Source: Lama glama (lineage: Eukaryota). Taken from it: a stretch of 64,000 bases of DNA. Both the position numbers and the translations under genes were made by a program. Location of the stretch: positions 64,544,001 through 64,608,000 of the forward strand of contig CM052817.1 in the NCBI GenBank assembly GCA_028534125.1. Reading direction: 5' to 3'. Below, in pieces: positions 1-13,486 of the stretch; position 1 is the first letter of the stretch; each line of letters begins with the position of its first letter. The notes under the pieces were generated by a model. That model was given only the letters and a program-made list of their open reading frames with translations, did no database searches and was not told where the DNA came from.

Positions 1-29
1 AGTATCCTGGGCCAACAATAAGTACTATA

Positions 30-1700
30 AATAAACTTAATTTACCTTTTAAAATTGAAATTAGGAAGAAATGAAAATATATGGGATGAGATCAATAGTC
101 TTTAGAAAATAGCTCAAAGGATGTAAATACCCACAATTCAGACATTTGGGTAGAACTTTAGGGAGGAATGACTGGCTTTTCATTGTTACATATATGTAAC
201 AATGCATTGAAAGAAATATAATGAGAAATAAAATGTCTAAAGAAAGAAATGTGTTAATGGGACTTGCCATTTATAAAAGGGGAATCTAGAATGACAATAT
301 TTGATGATCTAGCTCTAGCGTTGTTCTGGGAACAGAGTGCCCTGGCACAAAAATATGGATCTCTGGTCCACTGGCCCTCATTAGTAATGGTTTCTTGCGG
401 GCACCACCCATACAATTAATTTGCCTTGTTTTGATTCCAGGTTCACCAAGCAACCATATGATAAACATATCTTCCAGTATTGATTTATATGTATGTAGCG
501 CTGATATGGATACCTGAATATCTAGACCATAATAGTAATATTGCTCAGAGTAAATGGCACTAAGTTTTTTAGTTTGTTTTACCTCTATGAGCTTTACCAA
601 AAGAAAGCTACGTCTTTGGTGGCTTACCCACCATGACTGGATTTTCTGCGTGTCCTCACAATGAGATGATTCTCTGAGGAAATGGCCAGTCTAAAGGAAT
701 TATCTGGATGGCTAATCAGCTTTCCCCAGGACTTGCCTTGTGCCTTTCTATTCCATATTTGGAGACATGTGAATTAGAAATTTCTCACTCACATGCTTCT
801 AATTTCTAATTTTAACTTCAGAGTTGGAGAGATACCAATCCTCATTCAGGACATTGCTTAAAAACATGGGCCGTACTAAAAATCTCAGATATGACCCTGT
901 GTGTTTCATGCAGCTAATGGAGAACCATGATTATTGTTTTGTAAAAATAAATAATAAAATAATTTTAATAATACTCCAAGAGAGCCAGTTATATATTTTT
1001 TAAAAAATGAGAAATCACTATTAAAGATGGCTATTTGGAGAGAACTTTTGTCAATTTGGTGGATAAATTTAGTACAAATTGACCCACAACATTCAGAGCT
1101 TGGAAATAGAAAGTTAGGAAACAAGGGCCATACTTGATCCTATCAGTACTGAGATGATCAGGTTTTAAGAAGGGGGAAAGGGTTTGATCCAGATATGCAT
1201 GTTACCAGACTGGATGTATTTAGCTTATAAAAAAACTGGCTTCTGGGAAATGAAAAAATACCAGGCTGGGCAGATTTATGAAACAAGTTGCTAGTTTAAT
1301 TGCCAGATGATTTATGGAACTGGCACCTTAAAAAACGTAATCTGACCTTGCTGTAAAGTTTTTCCTTATATGCTTATATGCTTTTCCCTCTGGAAGGTAA
1401 GAGAATATATTCACATGGGAGTTAAATGGGAAAACTATTTCATTTTACAACAAAATGAGATGGCAAGATAAGTAAACACAATCTTATCCCTTTACTAGAG
1501 TTTAATTTTTACATTCTGAAAGAGATTTTGGAAATATATAGGAAAATATCAGTGGAGATTATTGAAATTGAAAAACCAAGGGGAAATTATTGTTTTGTTA
1601 GTTACAAAAAACATTAGCTAAATGTAATTAAGACTTGAAAGGCAGATCAATCAACAGTACTTGAGTAAAAACATTTAAGTATTTAAGTATTTTAGCTTAT
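30..1700 (+). mobile_element. Highly decayed ancient LINE ORF2, post-RT C-terminal half, L1/Tx1-like of the fish/amphibian/reptile type
   Basis: Colinear motif remnants across frameshifts: LPF..KYMG (42-86), GGL (618-626), NP..CLKTW (837-869), FRAWK (1092-1106), LPDWMYLAY (1202-1228), KWE (1424-1432), LEFNFYIL (1495-1518), RFWKYI (1523-1540), VIKT*KA (about 1624-1645). Confidence 0.55.
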
Positions 1701-2409
1701 TATTTTGGGGGTTTTTTTGGTCTTAAAAAAGAAAGTTACATTGTATGTCAACTGTACCCAAAAAACTTTTTTTCAAAAAGCTTTAAAAGGGAATGTTATA
1801 TATAGAAAATTCATGGTATTTTCTGAACCTGATTAGGGGGTGAGGTAAAGATATTTAAAGTACTCATAAATAAACTCGGAATTATGCTATTTTGGGAGAT
1901 TAAACCAGATATCTGATAGAGGATAAGATTACTTAAAAGCCTGGTGCTTAGCTCTATTAAAAAAAAATCACACCCACACTCAGAGGGGAGTTGGTTTATT
2001 ATTTATTTATTTGCTTTTTAACTTGCAGCTGGACTTTAGCATATGGTTTCACTTTGGTGATGGGAAAACAGCTTAAACTGGTTGAAAAACTTTTGTTTTT
2101 CAAACTGGTTAAGGAACATTGGAGCAGAATTGGAATTTTAAAAATTATTTTAGTATTCTTATTTTTACTATTCTTCCCCTTGGAGGTTATTTAAATGCAT
2201 TTAATTTAATAATGGTTTTATTTTAAACACAGTATAACAAACATCATTAAAGAAACTTTTTAAAGGAAAATCTCCCCTACTACCCTAATATATCCATATG
2301 CCAACATTTTATGCTTTTACAATTATACATACAATTTTGAACTCTGCATTTTTCACATGATACATTATTACAAATATTTTGGACACTGTTTATAGACTGG
2401 ATAATACTT

Positions 2410-3040
2410 TTTAAACATTTTACTTTGAAAAATTATCAAACTTACAGAATAGCTGCAGTAATTATTTCCACAAATTCTTCTAAGCTAACCAATAGTTAAC
2501 ACATTGCCTTGTCTCTCTCAATCTTTCTCTCATAATTTCTGAGTCATTTGAGAGCAAGTTGCAGACATGATAACCTCTAAACACTTCAACTTGTTTCTCC
2601 TAAGTATAAAGAGCCATAATCCAATTAAATCGGGAAATGTAATTCTGATTCAATACCTTTATCTGAAACATAATCATCCAATCAACATTCAAATTTTGCC
2701 AATTTTTCCAATAATTACTTTTATAGAATTTTGTTTCCAATCTAGGATCATGTATTGTATTTGTTGTCATGTCTCCTCAATTTAAGAAACAGTTCCTCAG
2801 TTTTTCTTTGTTTTTTTGAGACACTGACACTCTGAGGAGTGAGGGACAGTTGTTTTGAAGAATGTCCCTTAATTTTATTTAGCTGATTGTTTCCTTATGA
2901 TAGTTTAACACTCAATGCTGATAGAGTTACTGTGACCTTGTTATGTTGATACACTTTTGGACTTACGTATTTTTGGCAGAAATGCTACAGAAGTAATATT
3001 ATATCTGTCCTAGTGCATCATATCAACATTGGTAACATTA
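2410..3040 (-). mobile_element. Old L1 3' UTR fragment (L1MC4/5-like)
   Basis: Characteristic gagagcaagttgcagacatga...aacacttca...cctaag block; related copies at about 32.8, 39.2 and 51.1 kb. Confidence 0.65.
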
Positions 3041-3391
3041 GTGGCTTCAGGATATTCCACCGAGTTGATATATTACAATTCTCTTACCTAATTTCCCATG
3101 GGAATATATATTCTTATGTACATAGTCAGGTTATTTCCAGTTTTTTCCTATTATGAATAATGCTCCAATACATACACTCATGAGAAATTTGTTTTCATAT
3201 TTTACATGATTCCTTCAGGATAGGTTTTCAACAATGGAACTAAATAGTTTGTAGAATACAAACAAAATTTTCACTTTTTATTTCTGTTGGAATTCACACT
3301 GCTCTCCAAAAGTGTTATATCAACCTAACAGGTCACAACAAACATAAGTATTTTGCCTTTAAAGGAATTAAAAGAATATACTGTTGGGGGT

Positions 3392-3490
3392 GGGGGGAGA
3401 GGTTATAGCTCAGTGGTAGAATGCATGTACTGCCACTTAAAAAATGAATAAAAAGCCTAATTTCTTCCCCCTACCCCCCCAAATATACAT
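3392..3490 (+). mobile_element. tRNA-Ala-derived SINE (Vic-1 type), internally deleted
   Basis: ggttatagctcagtggtagaatgcatg head followed by the A-rich cctaatt..cccc tail shared with other copies. Confidence 0.7.
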
Positions 3491-3679
3491 ATATTTGATG
3501 ATTTTTATCACTAGTTTCTATGTTTATTTATTCATAGCCTTTACCTTTGTTCCTCTACTTTTATTTTGGAAATGTTTAAATCTACACAATGTTGAAACAG
3601 TACAATAAACACCTGTAAACCTTTCATCTAGATTCTCTTGTTGTTAATATTTGAATAAGTGAGGATTTATAAGAATATT

Positions 3680-6659
3680 CATGATAATTGAAAAGTGTGT
3701 AGCAGCCAATGGCAGCCTGTCCCTCAGAATTATGGAAATAGTTAATAAGACATGAAGTCTCTTGCTGCAGAAGAGATACCCAGCCAATAAGAGTACTATC
3801 CTAATTATACCATCAAAAAATCAATAATGGATGATAAGGAGGCTGAAAGCAGGTGTACCAAAATACATCACAATCTTTTGCCCAATTCCTGTATCTAAAT
3901 CAGTTTTCAGGCTCAAAATTCATCAACTGCAGGAGTTGGGTGCCTAGGAGAAAGGAACCACGGCCAGTTATGGGGAAATGATTTCCCCAGGACTTCTCCA
4001 AATGAATCTCTGTTCATTTATTTGAGTAAATGTATACTTTGAAAAAGGGACTACCCAAAGATTTCTAACATTGTTGGACTCAGCATCCTAGCTCCCCTCT
4101 TAGAATGACGGCATATGGGTTTCAGGTAATAAATGGAATCCTGGTCAAGGTCTAACTCACAGTGAGTCCACTGTATCCAGCAACCTGCTGGTGGTTATTT
4201 TACTATTCCTCACATATGTAACTAGAATAGACATACTTGGCAGTTGGAACCTTGGCCCTTAGGTGAAGAGCTATCATAGTGGGAAAGGCCAAGTGAAAAC
4301 TTCTAAAACTGTTCCCCCTCCCCACCTGATTCCAGCTAAAATGATAAAACAAAAGCAGTATATATATATTTCTGGAAAGGATGGTAATAATTAGTACTAT
4401 TTCTAAAATTCAAAAGGATCTAGGAATGATGGTCCCCATCATATCCCAATTTAATTCACAAGTGTGGTCCATGCAAAAACTGGATAGATTCCAAAACTTG
4501 ACATTAGACTACTGAAACTCAATCAAGTGGAAGCCCCAATTGCTGTTGCTGCCAGACATAGTATCTTTGCTATAGCAGATTAATATGGCCTTAGTACATG
4601 GTGTATATATATACACTGACTTGGTGACAATTCTTTTCCATCCCTACCAAAATGGGGATTAGAAATACTTTGCATTTCCATGGACAGAACAGTGTACATT
4701 TATAATTTTGCCCTTGGGCTATGTTATAATGCAGTATATTGTATTTTCTGTCATAATATCGTCCAATGAGGTTTTGAATGTCTGGATATCTTGCAAAGCA
4801 TCACATTGACCCACTATCAATGACATCATTCTAATCAAATAGGATGATCAAAAAAGGGCTAGCACATTGGAGAATTTGGCAAGACATACCAAATTCACCA
4901 GATTCATGAGCCTGCCATGACAATACAATTTTTAGGGGTCTGATAGTCAAGGGCATGCCAGGATGTCCCATCCAAACTAAAGGACCAACTATGGCATCTC
5001 ACATCTCCCACAATGGGAAAGGAAATACAACATCAGACGTGCTTCTTCAGGTTCTGAAAGCAGTATATTCTACATCTGGGATCAAGTGATAAGAAAGGCT
5101 GCTAACTTTGAGTAGGGCCCAGAAGAGAAAGTGTTTTGAAGTAGGATCAGATTGTGGTACAATCTGCCTCTTCGGCCATATGACCTGGAAGATCTATGGT
5201 GTTAGAGGTATCAATGGTGGTAAAAGATGCCATGTGAAATTTTTGTCAAGTCCCAGTGGGATAATCATAATGCAGTTCTCTGGGGTTCTAGAGCAAGACC
5301 ACACGTTGGCAGCAGAGAATTTTACTCCTTTTGAAAAACAATTTCTGGCATGCTATTAGATCTTGGTAGAAGAAAAGTACTTGATCAGGGATATCAAGTG
5401 ACTGTATGGTTTTAACTACCCATGATAAGCTGGGTTCTGTCAGACCTATTCCACCAAGTCACAAGGTTAGGCAGCCTAGCCATGATTCATTATGAGGTGA
5501 AAATGGTATATCTGGGATCCTGCATAAGCAGGACCAGAAGGCACAAGAAGTTTGCATCAATTCCCTTCCTTCAACTCACATTATGGCTATATGGGAAATT
5601 CCTCATGATTAGCAGATGGAGGAGGAAAATTCCAGCTTGAATCATGACTTGGTTAACTCAATATGTGGATGCAAGCTGAAAATTAAAGTCACTACAGCCC
5701 CACATGGGTGTGATCTTAAAAAACACTGATGAGTGAAATTCCTTCCAAAGGGTACATTGTGCCCTGGGTCCTCCACTTTGTGTGGAAAGATGAATGGCCC
5801 AGGGTTAGAATATATATAAACTCACATCAATGGTGAATGGCCTGATTGGCTGAACAGGAACCTGAAGGAAGAGTAGAAGATTAAAGTCAAGTGGGTCCGG
5901 GATACAGTATGTGGATAAACATATGAAAGCCAACACAAAGTATGAGGATCTTTGTATCCCATGTTAATGTCCATCAGAGTGCATCCATCATGGAAAAGAC
6001 ATTAACAAGCAAGAAAAAAAAAATAACTTGGGCATTTGATATTAGCCAGCCCCTGTCATCAGTTACCTCAGTGCCTGAACAATGGGTGCATGAATAGAAT
6101 ACCCATGGTAAGATGGAAAAGAGTCTGTGTATAGGCCCAAAAAGATGAATTTCACTTAGCAAGGCTGATTCAGCTACTGCCAATGGCAAAATTCAATTAG
6201 CAGACAAAGAGAGGAATCATCATTCTGTCAGGAGAAATTGACCTTTAATGACCAACCAGGAAGGGAATATATACTTGGTGCTCAGGAGATCCATTTGGGT
6301 GCCTCTTGATACTTTCTGCCCAATTTTGATGGCAAATGGACATGTACATAAACTATTATGTACCAAAGAAGGGCATGACACCCTGGAAATCAGACCTATA
6401 GGATAAGGCCCTGGGCCAAACCATGGGGCAAACTACCTAAACTAGCAAAGGTGTTCTCTGAGGGTGAGAAGAATCTTAAGTGGATGGTGTGGTGGAGTAG
6501 GAATATGATGAGCTCAGTCTCAGCGCTGACAACAGCTGCTGTTCCTCTCACTCATCTTCTACTTCTAAATTTCCCCTGGAAAACAGGTCTACTGGATTTA
6601 GGATGAAGTGTTCCAGAATATACGTGAAAAAGTGGATCTGAGCAGTACAAGGGGTAAAC
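3680..6659 (+). mobile_element. Decayed ERVL-class internal region (pro/pol; HERV16/ERV3-16A3-like)
   Basis: RT-like remnants (SQFNSQVW about 4443, LPLGY about 4708, HY-NDII about 4812), RNase H/IN-like downstream sequence, and a purine tract aaggggtaaac just before the LTR. Confidence 0.75.
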
Positions 6660-6764
6660 TGTGATCAACACAATGGTGAGCCACCAAGATTCACCTTTAA
6701 TGAAGGGCTTGTTGCTCCAAGCCCCGTGTCAGGGTCTACTTCACAGGAAGCCCAACCAGCAACA
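6660..6764 (+). mobile_element. Internally deleted 3' LTR (LTR16-like)
   Basis: Starts TG right after the polypurine tract and ends ...ggaagcccaaccagcaaCA. Confidence 0.6.
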
Positions 6765-7380
6765 ATCAATATACATAGATAATAGTTAAAAATTTTGAAT
6801 AGTTATAGTTTGATACATAGGTATAGAAGAACGCCTATATTTAGTATATTTTTAAAGAAATATTTAAAAAAATATGTACCAGCATTTGAATTGATTTGGA
6901 GAAGCTTATGATTAAATTATAATTTATGAATAAATTAGAAAATATATAATGGCATAATATGTCATAAAACCCTGAGTACATATATTAAACTGAATATGGA
7001 AGTCAAAGAGTGAAAAGTATTAAGTTGCAATGGGACTCATCTGGCAACTTAAGCTGTAATTTCCATATTTTTTCTAAATTATTACGTAAATAATTCATAT
7101 GTCATGACTCCAAGGATTATTATTGTCATTTAGGATCATGCAGTTTGAGAATGTGGCTGAATGTTTTTATACTTAGATGGATAGCTTACTTGTTTCTATA
7201 TTTAGAAATGACCAAATACTGAAATGTTATTCCTAATGTCCCTACTATTTTTGCTTGGATTGAAAACAGGTAAAAATTCAGCATTCAGAAAAATTGACCC
7301 TATAGTTTCCAATCTCCACCTCCTAATTCTATCCCCTGGCTGCTAGGGCAAGACCTCCCCACTAAGTCACATTACGTGAT

Positions 7381-7923
7381 TGTATTAGTCAGGGTTTTCC
7401 AGAGAAACAAAACCAACAGGAGACTTAAATAGGAATATATATGTGCCTTATAGAAATTGGCTCACACAGTTATGGAGGCCGGAAAGACCCACAATCTGTG
7501 GTCTACAGGCTGGAGAACTAAGGAAGCCAGTGGTATCATTCAGTCTGAGTCTGAAGGCCTGAAAACCAGAGGAGCAAATGTGTGTCCAAGTTTGAGTCCA
7601 AAGGCCCAAGAATCAGGAGGCTGATGGTTTAAGTCCTCGTCCTAGTCCAAAGACTGGGGAACCAGGACTCTTATGTCCAAGGACAGAATGGGAATGTCTC
7701 AGAGCAAGTAAAGATCAAATTCACCCTTCCTCCATCTTTTGGTTCTATTCAGCCCCTCAGCAGATTGGATGATGCCCATCCACACCGATGAAGCTATCTT
7801 ACTTGGTATACCATTCAAATGCTACCCAGGAACACCCTCACAGACACTTCCAGAAGTAATGTCCTACCAGCTATCTGGGAATCCCTTAGCCTAGTCAAGT
7901 TGACAGATAAAATTAATCATCCC
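7381..7923 (-). mobile_element. MLT2-family solo LTR (ERVL)
   Basis: Termini tgtattagtcagggttttccagagaaac and agttgacagataaaattaatcatc are typical of MLT2. Confidence 0.85.
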
Positions 7924-8195
7924 AGTGACACTAGAATAGCCATCTAAAAATAATATCTGGGACTAACCAGCTTAGGGTAGAGTTAGACTCTTGCTCAACA
8001 AATCTCCTCCAAACACAAATGTTTTATTTATTAAACAAGTAAATTGTCGCAAATGTTGTAGCAACCCCTTCTGTATTCCTCCTAGACCATACCCCTCAAC
8101 CTCCCCCCACAATCCCAAAACATTCTTCCTAAATATTGGACCTTTAAAAATATTTTTATATATTGTTGTCATATTTAGCTTACAAGGGTTAGTAA

Positions 8196-8320
8196 GCAGG
8201 TGGGTATAGCTCAGCAGCAGAGCGCTTGCTTAGCATGCAGGAGGTCCTGCGTTCAATCCCCAGTCCTCCATCAAAAAAATAATAACAGTAATAAATCAAT
8301 ATTCACCTTTAAAAAAAAAG
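8196..8320 (+). mobile_element. tRNA-Ala-derived SINE (Vic-1 type)
   Basis: A/B-box tRNA-Ala(AGC)-like head, A-rich tail, TSD ggttagtaa. Confidence 0.88.
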
Positions 8321-8544
8321 GTTAGTAATCTTTCTGATTTAAAATGATTACTGTTTGTCAGCTCCAAGAAAATTTTCAAGAAATTAATGTTATAGTACTT
8401 GGTTAGAACATGCCAATGGAATTACTAGTTTGGATACTAGTAATTAATACAATATGTAATTCATAAAGAGATTTTGAATGGAACTGATGAAAGATGTGCT
8501 GTAATTTATGAAAATTATAGTTGTATAAGAAGAGGAAATCTGAG

Positions 8545-8690
8545 TAGGGAGGGTATATCTCAGTGGTAGAGCACATACCTAGCATGCTTGAGGTCCTGGG
8601 TTCCACCTCCAGTACCTCCGTTAAAAAAAAAATAAACCTAATTACCTCCCCTAAAATAAAAAATTTTTTTTAATTTAAAAAAATAAAAAA
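8545..8690 (+). mobile_element. tRNA-Ala-derived SINE (Vic-1 type)
   Basis: tRNA-like head, A-rich tail, TSD aagaagaggaaatc on both sides. Confidence 0.9.
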
Positions 8691-9399
8691 GAAGAGGAAA
8701 TCAGTTTGTATGACACTTTCTTAAATCAGTCTTGGTGATTTTCAGCCCAAAGAACACGGCATGATCCTGATTGTGTATCTGCTCATGCATGTTGCGATTC
8801 GTGCACTGGTAACAAGGAAAAAGTATTGGTTGTCTGATCTAGTTGATTGTACTCCCTGAAGAAATAGCATATTATATTTACAACTTTTGAGGATACTATT
8901 AGTGAAAATAAAGTTCAGAACAGCCTAAATAATATTAATGACATCCCTCAGAATGTTTTATCATTACCTAAACAAAGCAGTGTCTCAGATATCTGTATTA
9001 CTTAAAAGGTCTGTAGGTGATTCAAATATGTAGCCAGTGTTGAGAAACACTACAGTCAAATTGCTACAGCTCCAGTTCCAGTCTGCCACTTACTAGTTGT
9101 GTGACCTTTGCCAATTACTCAACCCTTCTGTGCCTCCATAGCCTCACCTTTAAAAAAAAAAGGCGAGGGGTGAGGGACAGAAAACAAAACAAAACCAAGC
9201 AATGTCTCAGAGGTGGGAGGAATGAAATAAGAGTTTTCTAAAACTAAAGAGGATCTGTCATTTGGGGACTTAGTATAAGCAAAAAGAGGGAAATTACTTG
9301 TGAATCTCTTTTAATTGGAAGAACTTGAAAAAAAACAAGAATGCAACTAATTCTCAGGAACAGGGAACTTGAATGAATTAAAAACTTTCTCTGTCTCCT

Positions 9400-9810
9400 T
9401 TATTATATTAAGTGAAGTAGGACAGACAGAAAAAGACAAATATTATACAATGTCCCTTACATGTGGAATCTTAAGAAACAACAACAACAATTTTTATGTA
9501 TAAACCAGAAATAGACTCACAGACATAGAAAACAAACTATGGTTACCAAGGTGGAAAAGAGAGGAAGGGATAGATCAGGAGTTTGGGATTAACAGATATA
9601 TATTGCTATATATAAAATAGATAAACAACAAGGACCTACTCTATAGCATAAGGAACTATATTTATTATCGTGTAACAACCTATAATGGAAAAGAATCTGA
9701 AAAAGAATAGACATGTATGTATATGTATAACTGAATCACTTTTCTGTACACCCAAAACTAACACTGTAAATTGACTATACTTCAATAAAAAATGAGAATT
9801 AAAAAATTTT
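9400..9810 (+). mobile_element. L1 3' end
   Basis: agtgaagta...acagaaaaagacaaata through ttgactatacttcAATAAA and an A-rich tail. Confidence 0.85.
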
Positions 9811-9975
9811 TTTCTCTTATTTGCTCTCTACATGTTTGCTTCATTCTCTCTCCTTATAAACTTGTGTGAAATAAAATTTATATTTTATGACAAGACAAAA
9901 AAAATTTAAACATAAAAAATTTTCTCTGCACTTCAGCCTCCTCTCTCCCTTCACTGTACTGTGTATTTGCATTAT

Positions 9976-10330
9976 GCATCAACCAAACCTCCCCACCTGC
10001 AGAAATACCTGCTGAACCATAAAGCACAAATTCTCCTAGCATCATCAAGACAACTCCTTAAAAGATAACATTTCTTCTTGATACTGTCAGGGGTCACAAT
10101 GGTCATCACTTTGTACTTGCAGATGTGGATTGTATAAACTGTCAATAATACATCACCTAAGGTACAGCTCTCTGTCTCATAAAGTGTATATAACTTGTGT
10201 TTTGGCTTCTAGCATGAGAAATAGTTCTCTGAGTTTTCTGAGATGCTGTTCCCAGGTTATAATCCTTAATTAGGCATGAATAAAAATTTCCACTTTTCTC
10301 TTAAATTGACTGATTAATTCTTTGTTGACA
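9976..10330 (+). mobile_element. ERV1-class 5' LTR
   Basis: Direct repeat of 14238-14537. Has a TATA-like tatataa, AATAAA and a ...gttgaCA end, followed by a primer-binding site. The 5' boundary is uncertain. Confidence 0.8.
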
Positions 10331-10334
10331 TGGA

Positions 10335-10352
10335 TGGCATAGTTGGCAAGAC
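10335..10352 (+). other. Retroviral primer-binding site, tRNA-Ser type
   Basis: tggcatagttggcaagac versus TGGCGTAGTCGGCAGGAT (complement of the tRNA-Ser 3' end): 14/18 matches, two of the mismatches at CpGs. Confidence 0.7.
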
Positions 10353-12890
10353 TATCCACCAGAGATACCCACCAGGGGACACTTGGGGTCTACTGGGAAC
10401 TGGCACTTGATACCAAGCACTGGCCCATTGAGCCCCACCAGCTTCTCAGTACTACTCAGGTGGTCTGGTGAGTTCTCCTGATATCCAGATCTCATTGTTT
10501 CAGTGATGATCCTGAAAATTTTATTCAAGCTCTTTTCACTTAAGACTTGGAGTCTTAAGGGGCACTGGTATATTTCCTAGGAAGGGCCTAGTCAGGGTCT
10601 GGGCAAGTGGTCCAGGGAAACATAATTGGCTGGGTTTTTGTTACATTTGGTTTAAATTGGAAAAAAAAAAAAGAATTGATAGATGGTCTGAAGAAAACTT
10701 TTACTAGTGAAATGAAAGACTGAACTATTCAGCTCTGAAGAATAGGGGAGACCCATTACAACCATTAAGTAAATATTGCTCATCTAGGGGTGCACAACAG
10801 AGGCTGATAATTAGCACTCTGAGAACCTTGGTGGTTTTAGACTGTCACAGAGAGAAACCAAGTCACATAAAAGAGTCAAACTGACCCAAGGATAACTCCT
10901 TGCAGAGCTAGACTCAGAAGCAGCTCACATGCATCTACCACACTTTCCTCAAAAGTTGTTCAGCTCATATCTCATGACATACCTGAATTAGGCTATGAAA
11001 TTAATACTGAGAAATTGTGCCTTAAATGCCAAACAGCTCCCATGCAAACAGTCACTTATGGAAATACTAGCTGGGTTTATGTATGCTTACAAGTACTTTA
11101 TTGGGAACTAAAGGAAACTGGGCACTGAAATGGCCATGATGGGGTTCTTTTGGCACTCCAAAAATGGATTTTAAGCAAGCAGTTAAAGCCGGCAGTCTTC
11201 TGGATCTGTGCTTGCAGGGTCTACAGGAAACAACAGTGGTTAAGAGTTTTTCTGTTTTCTAAAATTAGATTAGTGGGGGAAAATATTTGTAGGGCTAGCT
11301 CCTTGGATCCTTGGAACTGGAGAAACTTCTAAATTGCTAAAATTTTAGAGAACTCTCATCTTAAACTATGGTACCTATCTTAATAGGAATCCAGAAGCCC
11401 CAAAAGGCTTCAAAATTCCAAAACAGACTTATTGAAAAATTTGTTACAGAAGACTAATGAAAGGTTAATGATATAAAGCATACCTGAAATGTAGACTACT
11501 ACTCCCTTCTATCCTTCTTTGAGTATTCATTCTAGTAATCTCTCTGAATTGCCTTTCCACTCAGAAAACACAATTAAATAGGAACCTTTAGAAATGGGAC
11601 CATGTTAGGCTGAAGGTAAGCCTTTTCAGATCATAGAAAGAACTGAGGGCCATAGTTAAAGAATTTTTCGGGGGTGGGGTGCATAAATTAGGTTTATTTC
11701 TTTATTTTAATGGAGGTAATGGGGATTGAACCCAGGATCTTGTGCATGCTAAGCATATGCTCTACCACTGAGCTATACCCTTCCTTTCTATAGTTAAAGA
11801 ATTTTTTGACACCCTGGAGGATCCTCAAAAGTGTTTATAAATGGATTACCAAGATGGGAGGCAATCAGTCTGACTAGACTGACCATAGTTGATATTTGGA
11901 TCCTGATGGAAATTTTGTCGGGGGGCCTTCTGCCCTAAGCTCAATGAGGGAAAATTAAAGCATTCCAACATAGGTGAATGGATGTGTCAGTCCTGTTAAA
12001 TCATTGAGGTGGCCACCCAATTCTTTGAGGAAAAGAACAACTGTCTTTGTTTCACAAATTTAGTCTTTACAGGACCAGAACTGTGGCTCCAGAAATAGTC
12101 CAGAGTCCACCAATCCTTTTATCTCTCTTAAAACCTCTGTTTATCTTAAGAGGCTTGTAAGTAGTGAGAGAAAAAAAAAAATATCTGGCCTTAAGGGAAC
12201 AAAATCCTCCTAGAAGGAATTTTCCTTTCTCCTCCTATGCTTTTGAGATATAAATATTCTACTTGGTCTTCTCTAGGAATGCTTACCTCTGCCATTTTTT
12301 AAAAATACAAATTTCAGGAAGGGGGTAATTTGGAACTTGACTTGTCAAAGACAAACAGAAATCTTAAATATCTTCTCCATAAATATTAGTAAAACGGTTT
12401 AGCCATCTAGGCAGGTGACCTTGAAATGTTCCATCTGCTAGAAAACCAACTGGAATCCAACCTCTTTTGTAACTGATGGGTTATTGTTGCACTTAATTCC
12501 TGGCTGGCATTTTGGAATGGGAACTGTGATTTGGAACAAACTATGTCTGTGTGTTCGCATGCATCACATGTGTTGTAGATGTGTGGTATCGCCAAGATTA
12601 ATTTGTAAAAGAGCTCTACTTGATTGACTTAAAAGAAACTAAACACTTATATAAATACAAATATAAAAGAAATTGTCCAGAATGAATTTCATATTCACAT
12701 GATCTGGGAAACAGACAATATTGAATTAATATCTGGTATTAGAGTTAGCCTAAGCTTGTTGGTTTAATTAATACAGATATGTCTTTAGAGTCATCAGTTT
12801 AGGTATATTACTTTTATTGTACCTGTTTACTAGAAACCCAATAAGACCTTATTATTCCTGTTTCAAAGTTTGTCAGCAAGAAAAATGATA
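10353..12890 (+). mobile_element. ERV1 (MER4-group-like) internal region, non-coding/decayed
   Basis: Follows the LTR and PBS. Gag-like WP..GSF remnant at about 11130; AT-rich MER4-group-like internal sequence. Confidence 0.6.
11670..11787 (-). mobile_element. tRNA-Ala-derived SINE (Vic-1 type) inserted in the ERV
   Basis: Reverse-strand tRNA head; TSD atagttaaagaattttt. Confidence 0.9.
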
Positions 12891-12986
12891 TGATGAATTT
12901 ACTTTTAATTGAAATAGTTGATTTACAAGGTTGTGTTAGTTTCTAGTGTACAGAAAGTGATTCAGTTACATATATATATATATATA

Positions 12987-13486
12987 NNNNNNNNNNNNNN
13001 NNNNNNNNNNNNNNNNNNNNNNNNNNNNNNNNNNNNNNNNNNNNNNNNNNNNNNNNNNNNNNNNNNNNNNNNNNNNNNNNNNNNNNNNNNNNNNNNNNNN
13101 NNNNNNNNNNNNNNNNNNNNNNNNNNNNNNNNNNNNNNNNNNNNNNNNNNNNNNNNNNNNNNNNNNNNNNNNNNNNNNNNNNNNNNNNNNNNNNNNNNNN
13201 NNNNNNNNNNNNNNNNNNNNNNNNNNNNNNNNNNNNNNNNNNNNNNNNNNNNNNNNNNNNNNNNNNNNNNNNNNNNNNNNNNNNNNNNNNNNNNNNNNNN
13301 NNNNNNNNNNNNNNNNNNNNNNNNNNNNNNNNNNNNNNNNNNNNNNNNNNNNNNNNNNNNNNNNNNNNNNNNNNNNNNNNNNNNNNNNNNNNNNNNNNNN
13401 NNNNNNNNNNNNNNNNNNNNNNNNNNNNNNNNNNNNNNNNNNNNNNNNNNNNNNNNNNNNNNNNNNNNNNNNNNNNNNNNNNNNNN
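12987..13486. other. Assembly gap (500 N)
   Basis: Run of N next to a (TA)n tract in an L1 3' end. Confidence 1.

Noticed and set aside
400..1290. Endogenous bornavirus-like nucleoprotein (words LIPG, LPKESY, ELEIS, ITIK..YL resemble BDV N)
   Set aside because: Spacing between these words disagrees with bornavirus N, and the LINE ORF2 motif series fits order and spacing better. A translated search would settle it.
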